DNA of 63,016 nucleotides, the filler included, from Octopus bimaculoides (taxonomy: Eukaryota): assembly GCF_001194135.2 (NCBI RefSeq). It is 6 parts of 6 records of this genome, joined end to end, with 100 filler letters (N's around TTAATTAATTAA, not from the genome) between each part and the next. Parts side by side here need not be neighbours in the genome. Positions count along the whole stretch, not along the records: positions 1 to 19,003 come from NC_068996.1; 5 more parts are not named here. One strand, given 5' to 3'. Each line of letters opens with the position of its first letter. Positions within the stretch are counted from its first letter, which is position 1. Below the pieces are notes generated by a model. The model was not told the DNA's origin. It saw only the letters and a list, made by a program, of their open reading frames with translations, and made no database searches. This document shows positions 1 to 11,084 of this stretch, piece after piece. The position numbers were made by a program, and so were the translations under genes.

Positions 1-973
1 TGTAGGTAGATAGTTTGATAGGTAGATGGCTGAGCAGGTGGGTGGATATACATTAATAGGTAGGTAGATTGGTAGTAGGTAGTGTTATATGGACTGTTAG
101 ATATGTAATTCGTCTGACGTTCCGTGTGTCATGTGGTTCGTCTGAGTTCATTGTTTCATTGTTGTTGTCTTGTGAGACTGTCGTAGTAAAATGTCATTGA
201 TATATATATGGCGGACATGACTTTTGTTTATTCATAACGAACATTGGGTGAGTGCGTTCTTTGTATGTAATTGAACAATAAATGTAATAATTAAATTGTA
301 TAACTCGTTGTGTTATCTCTGCGAGTCATCCGAGGGAAACATAACAGGTAGGTAGGTATTTTGGTAATTTGGTAGCTAAATAGGTGGGTAGGTAGTTAGT
401 TAGTTAGTTAGGTAGGTAGGTAGGTAAGTAAGTAAGTAGGTAGGTAGGTAGGTGAGTGGGTAGGTAGGTAGATAGGTGGGTAGGTGGGTAGGTAGGTAGG
501 TAGGTAGGTAAATTAGGGAGTAGGTAAGCAGGTAACTATGTATTTAGGTAGGTAGGTAAGTTGGTTTGTAGATATGTAATTTGATAGATAGACAGAGGTA
601 GATTGATAGGTAAGTAGGTAGGTAGATACATTTCTTTTATTAGCCACACAGGGCTCAACGAAGATGGGACAAATACAATGTAGAGCTTTTCTTTTTGGGA
701 GGGGGAAGAAAAAAGGTAGATAAACAGATAGATAGATAGATAGGTAGGTTGGTAAGTAAGTAGGTAGGTAGGTAGGTAGGTAATTATGTAGGTAGATAGT
801 TTGATAGGTAGATGACTGAGCAGGTGGGTGGATATACATTAATAGGTAGGTAGATTGGTAGTAGGTAGGTAGGTATTTTGGTAATTTGGTAGCTAAGTAG
901 GTGGGTAGGTAGGTAGGTAGGTAGGTAAGTAGATAGGTAGGTAGGTAGGTAAGTAGGTTGGTAGGTAGGTTGG

Positions 974-1004
<31 letters not shown>

Positions 1005-1550
1005 GTAGGTAGGTAGGTAAGTAGGTAGGTAGGTGAGTGGGTAGGTAGGTAGGTAGGTAGGTTGGTAGGTAGGTTGGTAGTTACATTTCTTTTATTAGCC
1101 ACACAGGGCTCAACGAAGATGGGACTTGGTAGTTAGTTAGTTAGTTAGTTAGGTAGGTAGGTAGGTAGGTTGGTAGTTAGTTAGTTAGGTAGGTAGGTAG
1201 GTAGGTAAGTAGGTAGGTAGGTAGGTTAGTGGGTAGGTAGGTAGGTTGGTAGGTAGTTTGGTAGTTAGTTAGTTAGGTAGGTAGGTAGGTAGGTAGGTAA
1301 GTAGGTAGGTAGGTAAGTAGGTAGGTAGGTGGGTGGGTAGGTAGGTAGATAGGTGGGTAGGTAGGTAGGTAGGTAGGTAAGGAGGTAGGTAGGCAGGTAG
1401 ATAGGTAGGTTGGTAGGTAGGTAGGTAAGTAGGTAGGTAGGTAGATAGGTAGATAGGTGGTATGTAGATAATTTGGTAGGTAGGTAGGGGGGAGTATGTA
1501 GGTAGGTTGGTTGATAGTTTATATATTACATATTCACAAATAAACAATAA
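1..1550. repeat. Degenerate (TAGG)n/(TAGT)n microsatellite field containing an internal duplication
   Basis: Continuous taggtagg/tagttagt runs. The unique spacer TGTAGGTAGATAGTTTGATAGGTAGATG(G/A)CTGAGCAGGTGGGTGGATATACATTAATAGG occurs at 1 and again at ~788. Confidence 0.95.
83..346 (+). mobile_element. Solo LTR (264 bp) of an LTR retrotransposon
   Basis: Termini TGTTAT...ATAACA (6-bp inverted repeat). 5-bp TSD GGTAG at 78-82 and 347-351. AATAAA at 277-282. The duplicate flank at ~850-880 shows the empty site with a single GGTAG. Confidence 0.8.
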
Positions 1551-2129
1551 AATAAATAACCCAACAGGGACAATACAATAATGACAACAATCTCTAACCA
1601 GAATAATTGGAATTAAAATTCAAACTCTTAAAATACTTTTGAGCAGTAAAATAATGAAAAAAAATCAAATAAAAAGATGTTTCAGTAAGTGTGGTGAATG
1701 GGTTTAGGGTGAGGTGTGAAATTTATTCTTTACTATGATAATGTCAATGCTAGGTGCTAACTGTTCTTGATTTATTGGTTTGAGTAAAGGATTTATCCGA
1801 AAACCTGAGAGGATAAGAATCAAAGTTGGCAGAACTCAAGAATAATGACATAGTTAGTGCATAGTAAAAAAAAAAATAATAAAATAAAATAAAATCCTAA
1901 TATTATTCAGATTAATTCCAGGTGAAATAAATAAATAAAATGTTATAAAAAAAAGTAAATGTATAAAAAAAGTAAATGTATAAAAAGAAAGACATATAAT
2001 GATTAATCTTTCCAGAAGGAATTGCATATCTAAGATAATTAGGAATGTTAATCAAGAATTTGTCTTCACAAAAAAGAAAAAGAAATGTTTTTTTTATTAT
2101 TTTTTTTTTTGGTTTTTGGTTTTTGGTTA

Positions 2130-2432
2130 TATGCTATGCTGTTTAGGATGACGACTGTGATGATGATAATAATGATGAGGATGGTGGTGATGGTGGTGGT
2201 GGTTGGTGAGGATGATGATGGTGGTGGTGGTGGCAGAGGTGACAGGGATGATGAAGATGATTATGATGAGCTGATGGTGATGGAAGTAGTAACAGTAGCT
2301 AATGGTGGTGGCAGCGGGGACAATGATGATGATGATGATGATGATGGTGATGATAATGATAGAGGTGGCGGTGCATTGGTGGTGCTGCCCCTGCTGATGA
2401 TAATGATGATGATGATGGTGATAACTATGGTG
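2130..2432. repeat. Compound (GAT)/(GGT) trinucleotide microsatellite
   Basis: Direct reading. It explains ORF 2085..2435. Confidence 0.95.
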
Positions 2433-2789
2433 TGAAGTGAAGGGAAAATAATTTTAAAATGTCAGTAAAAGAAAAAATTGGAATCGTAGCATATTTATTC
2501 TTTTATGACCAAATATCGCAAACAATTTCTTTTGTCTGTATGAAGAGAAAAATGGAAGAAATTCTCTGCTTTTGTTGGCATTTTTTGACTCAAGAATTCA
2601 AGAATGATATGGCTGTGTGGCTCAGAAGTTTGTTTCACAGTCATGGCGTTCTGGTTTCAATCCCGCCATATGTTATTTTTGGATGATTGCTTTCCACTGT
2701 AGCCTTCGATCATCTCAAGTTTGAGTAAGTGGAAACTGTGCAACAATCCATTGAATGGACTACATCTAAACTTTTGGATTGCAGGTTTA

Positions 2790-3095
2790 ACCTGTCATTA
2801 GGTTTAAGACTTCTACCTGGCTCATGCGTTGGGCCTCACAGAGGCAATGACCAAGACCTTTGACATCATGTCATGCTTGAGAAGAAGACCCATGAAACCA
2901 AGCGAAATTACAGTCGTGACAGATATCGGTGTTATATAAATGGCACGTAAAAGCACCCATTACACTTTCAAAGTGGTTGGTGTTAGGAAGGGTATCCAGC
3001 TGTAGAAAACCATGCTAGATCAGACTGGAGTCTGGTGCAGCCTTCCAGCGTGTCAACCTAGTCAAACTGTCCAAACCATGGACAACAGATGTTAA

Positions 3096-3126
<31 letters not shown>
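2790..3126 (+). mobile_element. RTE-LINE 3' tail / RTE-tailed SINE copy ending in (GAT)n
   Basis: GGGCCTCACAGAGGCAATGACC...GTGGTTGGTGTTAGGAAGGGTATCCAGCTGTAGAAA...GTTAAATGATGATG. The same tail recurs about 12 times in the window and is joined to RTE coding sequence at 17330-17535. Confidence 0.75.
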
Positions 3127-3127
3127 C

Positions 3128-3944
3128 TTAAACCCACTGGGATGCCACCGCATAACTTGACACTAAAACTGGGTGCTCCCTTTATATTGCTTAGGAATCT
3201 TGACCCATCTTACCTGTGTAATGGACCTCTCTTAATTGTTACTTCCATGAAGCTCCATGTCCTACAGGTAACAATCAGAACTTGTAGTCACAAAGGAGAA
3301 AATATCTTTATTCCAAAAATTCCTCTCATACCTACAGATGTTCCATTTGAATTTAAGACGCTTCAGTTCCCAGTCAAACTAAGTTTTGATATTTCAATTA
3401 ACAAATCTCAGGGTCAATCCCTCAAGGTAGCTGGACTTGATCCCTCTACTACAGTCAACCCTATGTTGCTTGCTCAAATCTTGAAAGCAGCAACATTTTA
3501 TTCATTCTAGCACCAACAAAACATTACACAATGAATATTGTTTACCCTGAGGTGCTTCAACATTGACAGATTTTTCAGTTCGATATTCTATTATTACAAT
3601 TTGGATATTTTAAAATAAAATATAGATATTTTGAAATAATTATGAGAATGTTGCCAGTACTGCCTGACTGGCCTTCCTGCGGGTGACATGTAAAAGCACC
3701 CACTACACTCTCTGAGTGGTTGGCGTTAGGAAGGGCATCCAGCTGTAGAAACTCTGCCAAATCAGATTGGAGCCTGGTGTAGCCATCTGGTTTCACCAGT
3801 CCTCAGTCAAATCGTCCAACCCATGCTAGCATGGAAAGCGGACGTTAAACGATGATGATGATGATGATGATATCTTTATATTTATTGTTTACTAATCTGA
3901 ATAAAAACAATAGTAACCCGGGCAATGCCAGGCCATTCAGCTAG
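3128..3944 (+). mobile_element. Helitron 3' portion: PIF1-type helicase C-terminus plus 3' terminus (interrupted by a SINE)
   Basis: ORF 3142..3510 reads MPPHNLTLKLGAPFILLRNLDP...LCNG...IPKIPLIP...QFPVKLSF..SINKSQGQSLKVAGLD, the Helitron helicase end. An out-of-frame ...MNIVYPEVLQ follows. Imperfect hairpin CCCGGGCAATGCCAGG (~3917-3932), then CTAG at 3941-3944 followed by T. Confidence 0.88.
3650..3872 (+). mobile_element. RTE-tailed SINE copy inserted in the Helitron
   Basis: AAAAGCACCCACTACACTCTCTGAGTGGTTGGCGTTAGGAAGGGCATCCAGCTGTAGAAAC...GGACGTTAAACGATGATG. Confidence 0.85.
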
Positions 3945-4044
3945 TTAGATATATATAGTAATGATATACTAATATTACAATAATCTAGGACAGTTATAAC
4001 TGCCTCTTCTGAAATAGTCTGTAAACTTCTGGAAAGCATCTTGT

Positions 4045-4712
4045 AAATTAAAACCTTCCATCAAAGTTTTAATTCCATGTTAATTTATGTAAAGAACACC
4101 AGCTTGATAATGACAAAATTATTGTACTAAATTCTCCATTATTTTCAAAATTGATTGAAACAAAAACAGTGAATCTCAACAGAAATATGGTAACAAAAGG
4201 GTTAAAGTGATCCAAATTGAAACCTTCCATCGGAATTTTGTGTTTATTTATGTTCTAAATACCAGCTTAATAATGACAAAATTATCTTAAATTCTTCCTT
4301 ATTTTCAAAACTGATTGAAACAAAAACAGTGTATCTCAACAGAAATATGGTAACAAAAGGGTTAAAGTGATCTAAATTAACACCTTTTATCAAAATCCCA
4401 TCGTAAATTATTTTTCTAACACCAACTTAATAATGAAGTTATTTTTCTAAATTCTTCATTATTTTAGCAAATTAATTGAAAAAAAAAAAAGACGATGCAT
4501 TNNNNNNNNNNATCTCAACAGAAATATGGTAACAAAAGGGTTAAAGTGATCTAAATTAACACCTTTTATCAAAATCCCATCGTAAATTATTTTTCTAACA
4601 CCAACTTAATAATGAAGTTATTTTTCTAAATTCTTCATTATTTTAGCAAATTAATTGAAAAAAAAAAAAGACGATGCATTCTAAAAGAAATATGCTAACA
4701 AATGGAGTTAAC
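4045..4712. repeat. ~160-bp tandem units ending ...AAATATGGTAACAAAAGGGTTAA (piggyBac-type end motif)
   Basis: At least 3 genuine diverged units; 4512-4680 is a probable assembly duplicate. Related units lie at 12490-12790. AGGG-TTAA resembles a piggyBac terminus plus TTAA target (inference). Confidence 0.7.
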
Positions 4713-4784
4713 CCTTTTTTTAAATCATATTTCTCAATTTAAAGTCTGGAATTAGTTTGAATTAATTTGAATTTCATCATCATT

Positions 4785-5065
4785 ATTGTTTAACATCTGC
4801 TTTCCATGCTAGCATGGGTTGGACGATTTGACTGAGGACTGGTGAACCAGATGGCTACACCAGGCTCCAATCTGATTTGGCAGAGTTTCTACAGCTGGAT
4901 GCCCTTCCTAACACCAACCACTCCGAGAGTGTAGTGGGTGCTTTTACATGCCACTGGCACGAGGGCCGGTCAGGCAGTACTGGTAACAGCCATGCTCAAG
5001 TGGTGTGTTTTACGTGCCACCTGCACAGGAGCCAGTCCAGCGGCACTGGCAACGACCTCGCTCAA
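4785..5065 (-). mobile_element. RTE-tailed SINE copy
   Basis: Reverse complement of the 3650-3872 sequence, with a (CAT)n tail on the + strand. Confidence 0.85.
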
Positions 5066-5279
5066 AAATTTATATGTAAGCATTCTCCAGACTACATTCT
5101 CTAACTAGGGGTAAGTGAGTCATTACACATTCATTCACCCTGGTAGAAAGAACAGCCAAATTACTTCATCAAACATACATAATGATCTTAAAAACAAAAA
5201 CAAAATCGTTATTTTTAATCACTTCTAGATTCCATATAGTGACTCCCCATTGGCTCATATACAGATATGATATGAAGGT

Positions 5280-5560
5280 ATGATATGAGGGAGATTTGGT
5301 TGCTAATTCTATCAGATCTAGCTACCATGAAGAGACTCTGCATGGGTTCAAGATGTGATTTGGTCGAGATTTTGCTGCTATTTCTGGCAGGTTTAACCAC
5401 TATAGAAAGACACCCATTAGTTCATACTTCAAACAGTTGAGTGTTATTTGATTCTACTGCTATTTCTAGCAGGTTTGGACACTGTGGAGAGACTCTCAAT
5501 GGCTCACACTTAAAACATTTGAGTGTTATTTGAGGGCGATTTGCCTGCTATTTCAACAAC
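5280..5560. repeat. Degenerate short tandem units with core GATTTGGCTGCTATTTCTAGCAGG
   Basis: Four diverged copies of gattt(g/t)(g/c)(c/t)tgcta(a/t)tt(t)c at ~5293, ~5368, ~5450 and ~5538. Confidence 0.6.
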
Positions 5561-5808
5561 CACATTGAGGCTTTTATTTGTTGCTGTAGGCAATGTCATT
5601 AAAGGAATTGAAGTAGCTGGAGATGATGGGTGATGGTGGTGGTGGTGGTGGTGGTGGTGGTGGTAATGATTCTGATGATATAGGAGATGGGGATGGGGCA
5701 GTGGTGTAGATAATATAATAGTAGTGGTGGGGTTTAACACCCTTGATTATTGTTGTTGTGGTGGTGTTGATTGTCGTGATAATGTTATTTTCCAATTTAG
5801 GCACATGG

Positions 5809-5814
<6 letters not shown>

Positions 5815-5865
<51 letters not shown>

Positions 5866-6075
5866 GAGTGAGAGAGCAGTGCATGCCATCAAAGTGAGAC
5901 TGGGGTAAAATATACGAAGCCCAATATACCCATCATGACTACCTGTCTGATAAGGGTACACCAGGCACATGCATCACAACCATATGTGGGTGACATGGTG
6001 ATCTCATATCAAGATAAACAGTGCATGACCTTGCAGGTGGGGCCCAGTGAGAATTTTCTTCAGGTTGAGTAGCAC
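5815..6075 (-). mobile_element. Retroposon 3' end with (AAT)n tail
   Basis: Unique ~210 bp followed, on the minus strand, by a long (AAT)n run (5815-5865). Family not assigned. Confidence 0.55.
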
Positions 6076-6404
6076 CATTATCAATAATATTAATATGCCA
6101 ACTTGTTCTTGTTGTATGTATGTACCTGTGGTGTGTGTCACACTTACTTCAAAGGAAGAGGTGAGTGGCAAAGCGAGGGAGAGGAAGACAGAGAGGAAGT
6201 AAGAGAGAAAGTGAGAGAGACAGTAGATACATAGATCGAAAGAAAAGTTGATACATAGACACAATGGTAAATCAAAGACAAGTAACTACAGCAAATATTG
6301 GATGTCACTTTAACTTTTCATTACCACACCAGGATAAAATTAACTCACAAGTGGCTGAGTACTCCACAGACCACTAATAATAATAATAATAATGATAATA
6401 ACAA

Positions 6405-7020
6405 TTATAATAATAATGTACACAGTATATGGACAGTTCCCACAAGCATTTTTAAAAACATTTCTGCCGTTTTGGGATTTCCTGGTATCTGAGCTAGGTA
6501 GCAATCAGCCCCTTTTGCTATCATTCTTATGACAACAGGTATTATTTTAGTCTTCAGGTTCCACATTTTGCTAATTTCTATTTCAAAATCTTTATACTTG
6601 ATCAGTTTTTGGTAGATCTTGACTGATACATTTATGTCGATTGAGACAGTCATATCAATGAGGAGGCATGATTTTTGGCTGAAGTCCTTCAATATGATGT
6701 CTGGCCTGTTTGCATCTATCTTTCTGTCACTTTGAACGGTGAATTTCCAGAGGAGTGAGATGTGACCATTCTCAAGCACTGGAGGTGGTTTGTGTTCTTA
6801 ACAATTTTTATAATGGGGTAGGTCCAGGTTTTTGCAAATTACCCAGTGAATATTTTGTGCAGCTCTATCATGCCTGTTGAGATATTCTGTAAGTACATGG
6901 AGACAACATGATCAATGGTCTCATTTTGTTGTTGACATACATGACATGTTGGGAAGCTAACATTCTTTAATATGTTGGCCTGGTATTTCCTTAGGCTGCT
7001 ATGATTAAACCCTTCTGTTT
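6405..7020 (-). mobile_element. Decayed RLE-type non-LTR retrotransposon (R4/Dong-like) C-terminus
   Basis: ORF 6839..7063 has ETEGF...C-x2-C...ETIDHVVS (CCHC knuckle). ORF 6405..6779 has LLWKFTVQSDRKIDANRPDIILKD...LLIDMTV...KYKDFEIEISKMW (PD..D restriction-like endonuclease). Confidence 0.88.
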
Positions 7021-7140
7021 CTGATTTTAAGCCAGAAGCCAGAAGCCAGAAGCCAGAAGCCATTGATGGGTAATGGCTTTGTCAACATCGGCATTATTTG
7101 GTCTCTTTGGATATGTGCCATTGAAAGGATTTTCTTGCTA

Positions 7141-7196
<56 letters not shown>

Positions 7197-7675
7197 TTTG
7201 GAGGGAAGGCATAGTTATTTAAATCAACTCAAGTACTTTACTCTAGAATGAAATAATGAAAGAAGAAAAAGCATAATGTCCTTGGAATGATGAAAAGCAT
7301 GGTGGCACTGGTGGGGTTTGAACTCAGAACAAAAGAGCTCTAACTTAATATTACAAGATAATTATTATTAGTATTTTTTTTTCCCTTCTGTCTTACAATG
7401 ATTTTACTAATCCACTATCATTGTTAATTAAAGTGTTGATTATAATGGTGATGATTACGAGGGAAAAAAATTTTCTAATTTACTGTTCTTAGCCTGGGAG
7501 AGAAAAACTGAAATGACAATGGGTTTTTATCTGTCTAGGAGTGATGAATAGTGAATAATGATGTTTGAGAATAGTGCTGATGAAGCCGATGATGACGATG
7601 ATGATGATGACAATGGCAATGTTAAAACGCAATAACAAAGATGACGTGATGATGATGATGATGATGATGATGATA

Positions 7676-7707
<32 letters not shown>

Positions 7708-7822
7708 AGTGATGGGAATGATAAAATGCAATAGCAATGATGATAATGATGATGATGATGATGATGATGATAATGAATATATTCTTAATATAGTTCTTTC
7801 TGCTTCATTCTAATCAATTTAG

Positions 7823-7996
7823 GTCATAGCTGTAGATGCTCGGAACCATGGCAGCAGCTTCCACAAGGCCAGCATGACATATGAAGAAATGAGTGATGAT
7901 TTAGTACAATTGATGTCCTCTTTGAAAATTCCAGAAGCAGTCATCATTGGCCACAGCATGGGTGGAAAGACTGCGATGATCACGGCGCTACAGCAT
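7823..7996 (+). CDS. ABHD11: Internal coding exon of alpha/beta hydrolase domain-containing protein 11
   Basis: Acceptor ...caatttag|GTC and donor CAT|gtaagt; 174 nt, phase 0-0. Translation VIAVDARNHGSSFHKASMTYEEMSDDLVQLMSSLKIPEAVIIGHSMGGKTAMITALQH contains DARNHG and the G-x-S-x-G elbow GHSMGGK, which I recognise as the ABHD11/YbfF esterase family. It is not in the ORF track. Confidence 0.9.
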
Positions 7997-8004
7997 GTAA
8001 GTCT

Positions 8005-8044
<40 letters not shown>

Positions 8045-8172
8045 TAATAGTTTCATCCATCATTCTTTCATATATATAGATACATACGCATATGTATGTA
8101 TATATATGTATGTATACATGCTATATATACATATAAACTCTATATATGCACATATATGTACACATCCTGTAT

Positions 8173-8215
<43 letters not shown>

Positions 8216-8577
8216 NNNNNNNNNNNNNNNNNNNNNNNNNNNNNNNNNNNNNNNNNNNNNNNNNNNNNNNNNNNNNNNNNNNNNNNNNNNNNNNNNNNNN
8301 NNNNNNNNNNNNNNNNNNNNNNNNNNNNNNNNNNNNNNNNNNNNNNNNNNNNNNNNNNNNNNNNNNNNNNNNNNNNNNNNNNNNNNNNNNNNNNNNNNNN
8401 NNNNNNNNNNNNNNNNNNNNNNNNNNNNNNNNNNNNNNNNNNNNNNNNNNNNNNNNNNNNNNNNNNNNNNNNNNNNNNNNNNNNNNNNNNNNNNNNNNNN
8501 NNNNNNNNNNNNNNNNNNNNNNNNNNNNNNNNNNNNNNNNNNNNNNNNNNNNNNNNNNNNNNNNNNNNNNNNNNNNN

Positions 8578-8950
8578 ACACACTCGTGGCACCTGGGCCC
8601 AGCGTCGCCTTCCTGGCACTTGTGTTGGTGGCACGTGTAAAGACATTCGAGCGAGATCATTGCCAGTGCCGCCGAACTGGCTCCTGTGCAGGTGGCACGT
8701 AAAATACACCACTTTGAGCGTGGCCGTTGCCAGTGCCGTCTGACTGGCTTTCGTGCCGGTGGCACGTAAAAGCACCCACTACACTCTGTGAGTGGTTGGC
8801 GTTAGGAAGGGCATCCAGCTGTAGAAACTCTGCCAAATCAGATTGGAACCTTGTGTAGCCATCTGGTTCACCAGTCCTCAGTCAAAACGTCCAACCCATG
8901 CTAGCATGGAAAGCAGATGTTAAATGATGATAATGATGATGATGATGATA
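8578..8950 (+). mobile_element. RTE-tailed SINE/LINE tail copy
   Basis: Same family tail (TTAGGAAGGGCATCCAGCTGTAGAAAC...GTTAAATGATGAT). Its 5' part matches the reverse complement of ~16960-17125. Confidence 0.85.
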
Positions 8951-8952
8951 TA

Positions 8953-9643
8953 CTGGGGTTTTCTGAATGGAAAATTATATTTTATAAAACTATTTTTCCG
9001 CTTAAATAACCGCCCACCTATAATAAGCGCTCATGGGCGGTAATATGGATGTAAAATATTTCACCTACGAAAATCAAAGATATTCTCAAAAGCCATATTT
9101 ATTTTATGCAATTCCATTGAACTTCTATTGTTTCAGTTATCAGATATATTGACATAAAGAAACTGAAATAGCCTTAAAAGAAGTAGCATATTAAAAAATA
9201 TTCAGAAGTTAACAATGGATCTATTAGGAAATATTGAAAATTAAACTGTTGAAAACATGAATAGAAACCTTGTATGACACATGTAAGGAACATTAACAGC
9301 AAAACAGTGGTTATTTCCTGGATATCGGTGTTCAATAAGAACTTGTGTTACAAACTGAGATATTCAAGGTAAATCTGATCGCGTAGCAATGACGACAAAT
9401 ATAATCAGATCACACAAGTGGTGTGGTGCAACTGATGAACTATCAGATAGTGGTAATCAATCAAAGGGTGTTACATTACTCCTCCGACGAAATAAGGCTT
9501 GTGCCGAACAGAGCAAATGAATGTCTAAACAGAATGCAAACAAGAACGCTAACTCTGTTCAACTTTAACCACAAATAACCGCCCATCCAAATAAACGCGC
9601 ATGGGGTGATATAATGGATGGGCAGATTTTCGGATTTCCCCAG
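8953..9643. mobile_element. Probable non-autonomous Tc1/mariner-superfamily (pogo/Tc2-like) MITE, 691 bp
   Basis: TA at both flanks (8951-8952 and 9644-9645). Imperfect TIRs CTGGGGTTTTCTGAA vs CTGGGGAAATCCGAA. Internal repeat AAATAACCGCCCA near both ends. Confidence 0.55.
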
Positions 9644-9654
9644 TATATACATGT

Positions 9655-9915
9655 ATATCACCATCGTTTAACGTCTGCCTTCTATGCTGGTATGTGTGGG
9701 ACAATTTGACAAGAGCTGACCAGCCCAAAGCCTGCAACAGACATCTGTAACTGTTTTGGCAGGATTTTTACAGCTGGATGCTCTTCCTGACACCAACCAC
9801 TCAGCAGAGTGGACTGAGTGCTTTTTTACATGGCACAAGCACAGGCGAGGTCAGTTTTGGCAAGGTTTTTACAGCTGGATGCCCTTCCTGACACCAACCA
9901 CTTTACAGTGTGGAC
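9655..9915 (-). mobile_element. RTE-tailed SINE copy with internally duplicated segment
   Basis: TTTTACAGCTGGATG(C/T)(C/T)CTTCCTGACACCAACCAC occurs twice (~9765 and ~9865). Confidence 0.75.
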
Positions 9916-10034
9916 TGGGTGTATATGTGTGTGTGTATTTTCATGTATATATATATGTTCCCCTTGTTTCCAGCTGGAAATTTTGAAATGGCAATCTGTT
10001 TGCACTTTTTCCTTGGAAGTGTTAATTTTATCTT

Positions 10035-10273
10035 ATCTTTTCTTTTTAATGCTTTTACTTGTTTCAGTCATTAGACTGTGGCCATGCTGGGGCGCTACCT
10101 TCAAGGATTGTTGACAAACAAAATCGACCCCTAATTTATTAATTCCTTTTTTGTTTTAAGTCTGGTATTTATACTCCCAGTTTTTTTTTTTACAAAACCT
10201 TTAAGTTGCAGTGATGTAAACAAACCAACACCAGTTCTCAAGTGGTGGTGGAGACAAAAATATAGACACACAC

Positions 10274-10334
<61 letters not shown>

Positions 10335-10770
10335 AACACACTAACACACACACACATATGTATATGTGTATGAATGTCTCTGTGCTTTTGTCACACACAC
10401 ACACACTTACACACACACACACACACACTCATAAACACACAAACACACACAAACACATTCATACACCCACAAACATCCCTACACATATGCATATGTATAT
10501 ATGTGTATGAGTGTCTCTGTGTTTATGTCACACACACATACATGTGCACATGCGCATGCATGCATGCACACACACACACACACACACACGCACACACACA
10601 CACACATACACACACGTATACGTGATGAGCTTCTTTCAGTGATTGTCTACCAAGACAGTCACAAGACTTTGATGGTCTGGGGCATTTGCTCAAGGTACCA
10701 TGCAGTGAGATTGAATCTGGAACCATTTCGTTGGGAAGCAAACTTCTTACCACACTGCTACTCCTGCACC
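10035..10770 (-). mobile_element. tRNA-head/CORE-type SINE split by an internal (CA)/(TA) microsatellite
   Basis: Head on the minus strand: GGTGCAGGAGTAGCAGTGTGGTAAGAAGTTTGCTTCCC...GGTTCCAGATTCAATCTCAC...CCTTGAGCAAATG (10620-10770). Tail at 10035-10260. Same layout as 52563-52870. Confidence 0.75.
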
Positions 10771-10774
10771 TATA

Positions 10775-10780
10775 TATATA

Positions 10781-10813
<33 letters not shown>

Positions 10814-11030
10814 TGTATGTATGTGTGTGTGTGTGTGTCTGTGTGTGTATGTATGTATGTATGTATGTATGTATGTATTATGTATTATGTATGTATGTAT
10901 GTATGTATGTGTGTGTGTGTATGTATGTATGTATGTATGTATGTATGTGTGTATGTATGTATGTATGTGTGTGTATGTATGTATGCATGTATGTATGTAT
11001 TATGTATGTATGTATGTATGTATATGTATG

Positions 11031-11072
<42 letters not shown>
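10775..11072. repeat. (ATGT)n/(GT)n/(CA)n compound microsatellite
   Basis: Direct reading. Confidence 0.95.
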
Positions 11073-11075
<3 letters not shown>

Positions 11076-11084
11076 TTAGGCTCA

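Noticed and set aside
513-2435. ORFs with PTYL, poly-M/D/G, VCVC, THTH, YIYI and similar repeats, here and throughout the window
   Set aside because: These are translations of microsatellites, or ORFs kept open by N runs; no coding evidence.
4333-4680. Near-identical 170-bp direct repeat across a 10-N gap
   Set aside because: Overlapping contig ends duplicated by the assembler.
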